Assembly (NCBI RefSeq): GCF_000143415.4
Contig: NW_003314261.1
Span: forward strand, 5,668,360 to 5,732,359
Direction of reading: 5' to 3'
DNA: 64,000 bases
Source of the DNA: Selaginella moellendorffii
Taxonomy: Eukaryota; Plantae; Lycopodiophyta
The notes below the pieces were generated by a model. It was given only the letters and a program-made list of their open reading frames with translations, was not told where the DNA came from and searched no databases. Below, piece by piece: positions 61,156 to 64,000 of the stretch; within the stretch, counting starts at the first letter, position 1, and each line of letters opens with the position of its first letter. The position numbers were made by a program, and so were the translations under genes.

Positions 61156-61664
61156 ATGGTGAGCGCCATTCTTCTCTTTGCTCGTTCTTAGCCGGATTGT
61201 GTCTGTGCAGGCGAAGCGCACGAAGAAGGCTGGAATTGTCGGCAAATACGGTATGTACCATCGAATGCGCTCTTGTATTTTCGTGTGCTGATTTCTCGTG
61301 CGCGCCAGGAACTCGCTATGGCGCCAGTCTGCGTAAGCAGATCAAGAAGATGGAGGTCAGCCAACACTCCAAGTACTTCTGCGAATTCTGTGGCAAGGTG
61401 AGAAAAAGAGAGAGATTTGGACGAGGTTTTGATCTATTCCTTGGTCTTGTGTAGTTCGCAGTGAAGAGGAAGGCCGTGGGAATCTGGAACTGCAAGGATT
61501 GCGGCAAGATCAAGGCTGGCGGCGCTTACACGCTCAAGTGAGAGTCCCTTTCGCTTTTCTTTTGTTGCCTGTTTTGATCGAGATCCATTTCTCGCTGCAG
61601 TACTGCCAGTGCCGTCACAGTGAGGAGCACGATCAGGCGTTTGAGGGAGCAGACCGAGAGCTAA
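61156..61664 (+). CDS. RPL37A: 60S ribosomal protein L37a (eL43), 92 aa
   Basis: Exons 61156-61158, 61211-61250, 61309-61397, 61455-61537, 61601-61664; [24 protein letters not shown]...CEFCGK...CKDC. Confidence 0.97.
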
Positions 61665-62055
61665 GTAGAAATCTCTCTCGCTGTGTTTTGTTTTAATCCG
61701 GAAGGAAAAATTTCAAGAGCCCTCTTTTAACTTGGAGTAGCTTGTCTCCCAGGAATCTATTTGATAGAAGATTGCAGTGATCATCAGGTCTAGAGGAGGC
61801 TTGCTCCTCTTTGAATTTATCCAGCCAAAATCCAAGTGATCATCGCTTCCAGAGGAGGCTTGAATTGATCCAGCGTAACTCGCGAGAGAATTGATTCGCG
61901 AGAGAAGCTCGAGCTTCTCCAGAGATCCGTAGAACGTTTTTCCAAGTTCTCGTTATTCTTCCCATACTTTGTTCTCCAAATCATTTTCTTTCGACCACTG
62001 TCCGACTGTGTAATGAATTTTACTGCGAACGATTCAGACACCTTAGATTTCCCTG

Positions 62056-62111
62056 GGCCGTTGGATGGGCGGGATCCAACGGCCGCGCGGGACCCAACCG
62101 AGGCCGTTGGA
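62056..62111. promoter_or_regulatory. Three MSA-like (YCYAACGGYY) motifs upstream of the ARID-HMG gene
   Basis: TCCAACGGCC at 62075-62084 (+), 62056-62065 (-) and 62102-62111 (-). Confidence 0.45.
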
Positions 62112-62155
62112 TGTGGGCAAAGAGAGAAAAGAGCGCTTGTTCGTAATCCAAAGCT

Positions 62156-64000
62156 ATGGCGGGGGAGTCGAATCCAAGGCCACCGGCGAGGCCGCCAGCG
62201 CCCCCGCTGCTCTTCCAATTCCCGACGCTCAGCCCGCAGCCCATCTGGTCGATTCACGCCCAGGGGCAACAGCAGCAGCGGCAGCAAATGGCCGCTCCAT
62301 CGATGATGCTACCGCCTCCACAATCGCTGGAGTTCCACCAAATGCCGCAGCAGCGCTTCATCGCGATCCCACCGCAGCAGCAGCAGCAGCAGCAGTATCA
62401 TCTCCAGCAGCAGCAGCAGCAAGGTGGGTTTCGTGGAAACCTAAATTTCCAGAGACCATCTCCAGCCCCCGACTTGAACAGCCCGGCCTCGCCATCGCCG
62501 GCCCAGCTCGGATTCTATGCCCGACACCACCAAAAATCGCAGCACATGGTCTTCCTCGAGCGCGCCGGAGCTCTCGTGGATCAAACGACGTTCTTGAAAG
62601 AAACATCGCCTTTGGCGCCTGTTCTTCCGCCTCCTCCGCCTCCTCCTCCTCGAGCTCAGTGCCAGCAGCTCCAGCAGCCTCTCGATCTTTCCAAGCGCCA
62701 TTTCTCCTCCAAGAACGAGGCGAGACAGGCAAAGAAATCAAAGAGAATGGAAATGCCGGCTGTGCAAACTCCGCCGCCGCCGCAAAGATCGAGCCCCTTC
62801 GGTAGAGAGGACCTGGAGCAGCCGGAATCGAGAGTTTATCCGGCTCCACTCGCGGATCATCGAGAAGTTGTCGCGGACGAGAAGCTCTTTCTCAGCACGC
62901 TCTCGAAGTTTTACGAAGCCATGGGTGGAACTCCACTCCGGTAAGAGCTTGCGATCATAAAAAAAACATTCTTTTTTCTATTGCTCTCGAGACTTTATTA
63001 CTTGGTTTTCCTGGCAGGCTTCCTCGCTTCCATGGCAAAGACTTTGAGATCCATCGGCTGTATTGCGAGGTCTCGGAGCAAGGAGGCATGCTTAAGGTTT
63101 TCTTCTCGCGAGAAAGAGAACAATCCCGAAACTAGCTTCGTGTCTTGCAGGTTATCAGGGAGAAGAAATGGAAAGATATCGCCACAGCATTTGATCTTCC
63201 TCGAAACGTGACGAACCCCGTGTTTTTCCTGCGTAAAAACTACGAGAAGTTTCTTCATCACTACGAGCAAGTGTATTTTCACAGAAAAACTGGAGCACAC
63301 ATTCCACCACCCGGTAAACAAAATTCTTTGTTTTTGTCGCAAAGCTGATCTGATCATTCTCAAACAGGACCTTTGCCAATGCCAGCTCCAGTTTCAGAAA
63401 ACATCAAAGACCATGACTCGAATAACGATAGTAGCAAATTGAATCAAACTCCAGGTGAGTTATTTTCACGAAATAAAATAAATAAATAACTGTGACAATC
63501 TGGTATCTATGTGTGTGTGTGTGTTTTTTTTTGTAGCAAATCCAGCATCTTCACTCGGCCATACTGTAACCGGAGCCATCGAAGGAAAGTTCGAGCATGG
63601 ATACTTCGTCACAGTCGTGGTTGGATCAGAGAAACTACGAGGTGTGATCTACAGTGTTCCTCAAAGTCTGGCCGAAGCACAGGAGCAATTCGCAGATGTA
63701 GAGAGCAACACTGCGGAGAATCCGCAGTTGCTGGATCCGCCCGACAAAAAAGCTGGTAACATAAAAGCTCGTCCTCGGAAGAAGGAGAAACGAAAGCGAA
63801 GGGTGGAGGGAATCAAATCAGTGAGGAATGGATACAACTTCTTCGTCGGGGAGCAAAGACAGAAACTCAAAGGAGGAGGAGGACGAGATGAAATGAGTAA
63901 GATCATCGGGGATCTCTGGTCCAAACTCTCGGAGGAAGAGAAAGAGGTTCGTCTTCCACTCTTTTACGGTGTTCTTTCGATCTAAGATAGTTGTTCTTCG
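62156..64000 (+). CDS. ARID-HMG box protein (HMGB9/10/15-like), runs off the window end
   Basis: Gln/Pro-rich N-terminus; ARID (VIREKKWKDI...LRKNYEKFLHHYEQVYF); VTGAIEGKFEHGYFVTVVVGSEKLRGVIY; HMG box start RNGYNFF...IGDLWSKLSEEEK. Confidence 0.92.

Overview
Plant nuclear DNA, most likely a lycophyte such as Selaginella (inferred from 40-60 nt introns and a PLS-class PPR gene). Bases 1 to ~54.2 kb are a nested transposon block: Gypsy and Copia relics, two Cassandra TRIMs, a second TRIM, a LARD-like element, solo LTRs and a DNA transposon. An ~8 kb-arm inverted repeat is centred on a 100-N gap. Bases ~54.5-64 kb are a compact gene island: a PPR gene, an uncharacterised conserved gene, FPG, RPL37A and a partial ARID-HMG gene. 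Two systems stand out and are largely invisible in the ORF track. (1) An intact 5-exon, AT-rich gene, present once in each arm of the inverted repeat, encodes a Hedgehog-like precursor: signal peptide, ~20-aa Cys-rich peptide, Hint/Hog autoprocessing domain (C1, H46, S69xxH72) and hydrophobic tail. (2) A DNA transposon carries a Sola-like transposase and a divergent ParB/Srx-like accessory gene, with ~14 copies of a 22-bp palindrome (ATGGCATGAGGCCTCATGCCAT) in its introns and intergenic DNA. All domain calls come from motif recognition by eye; no searches were run.
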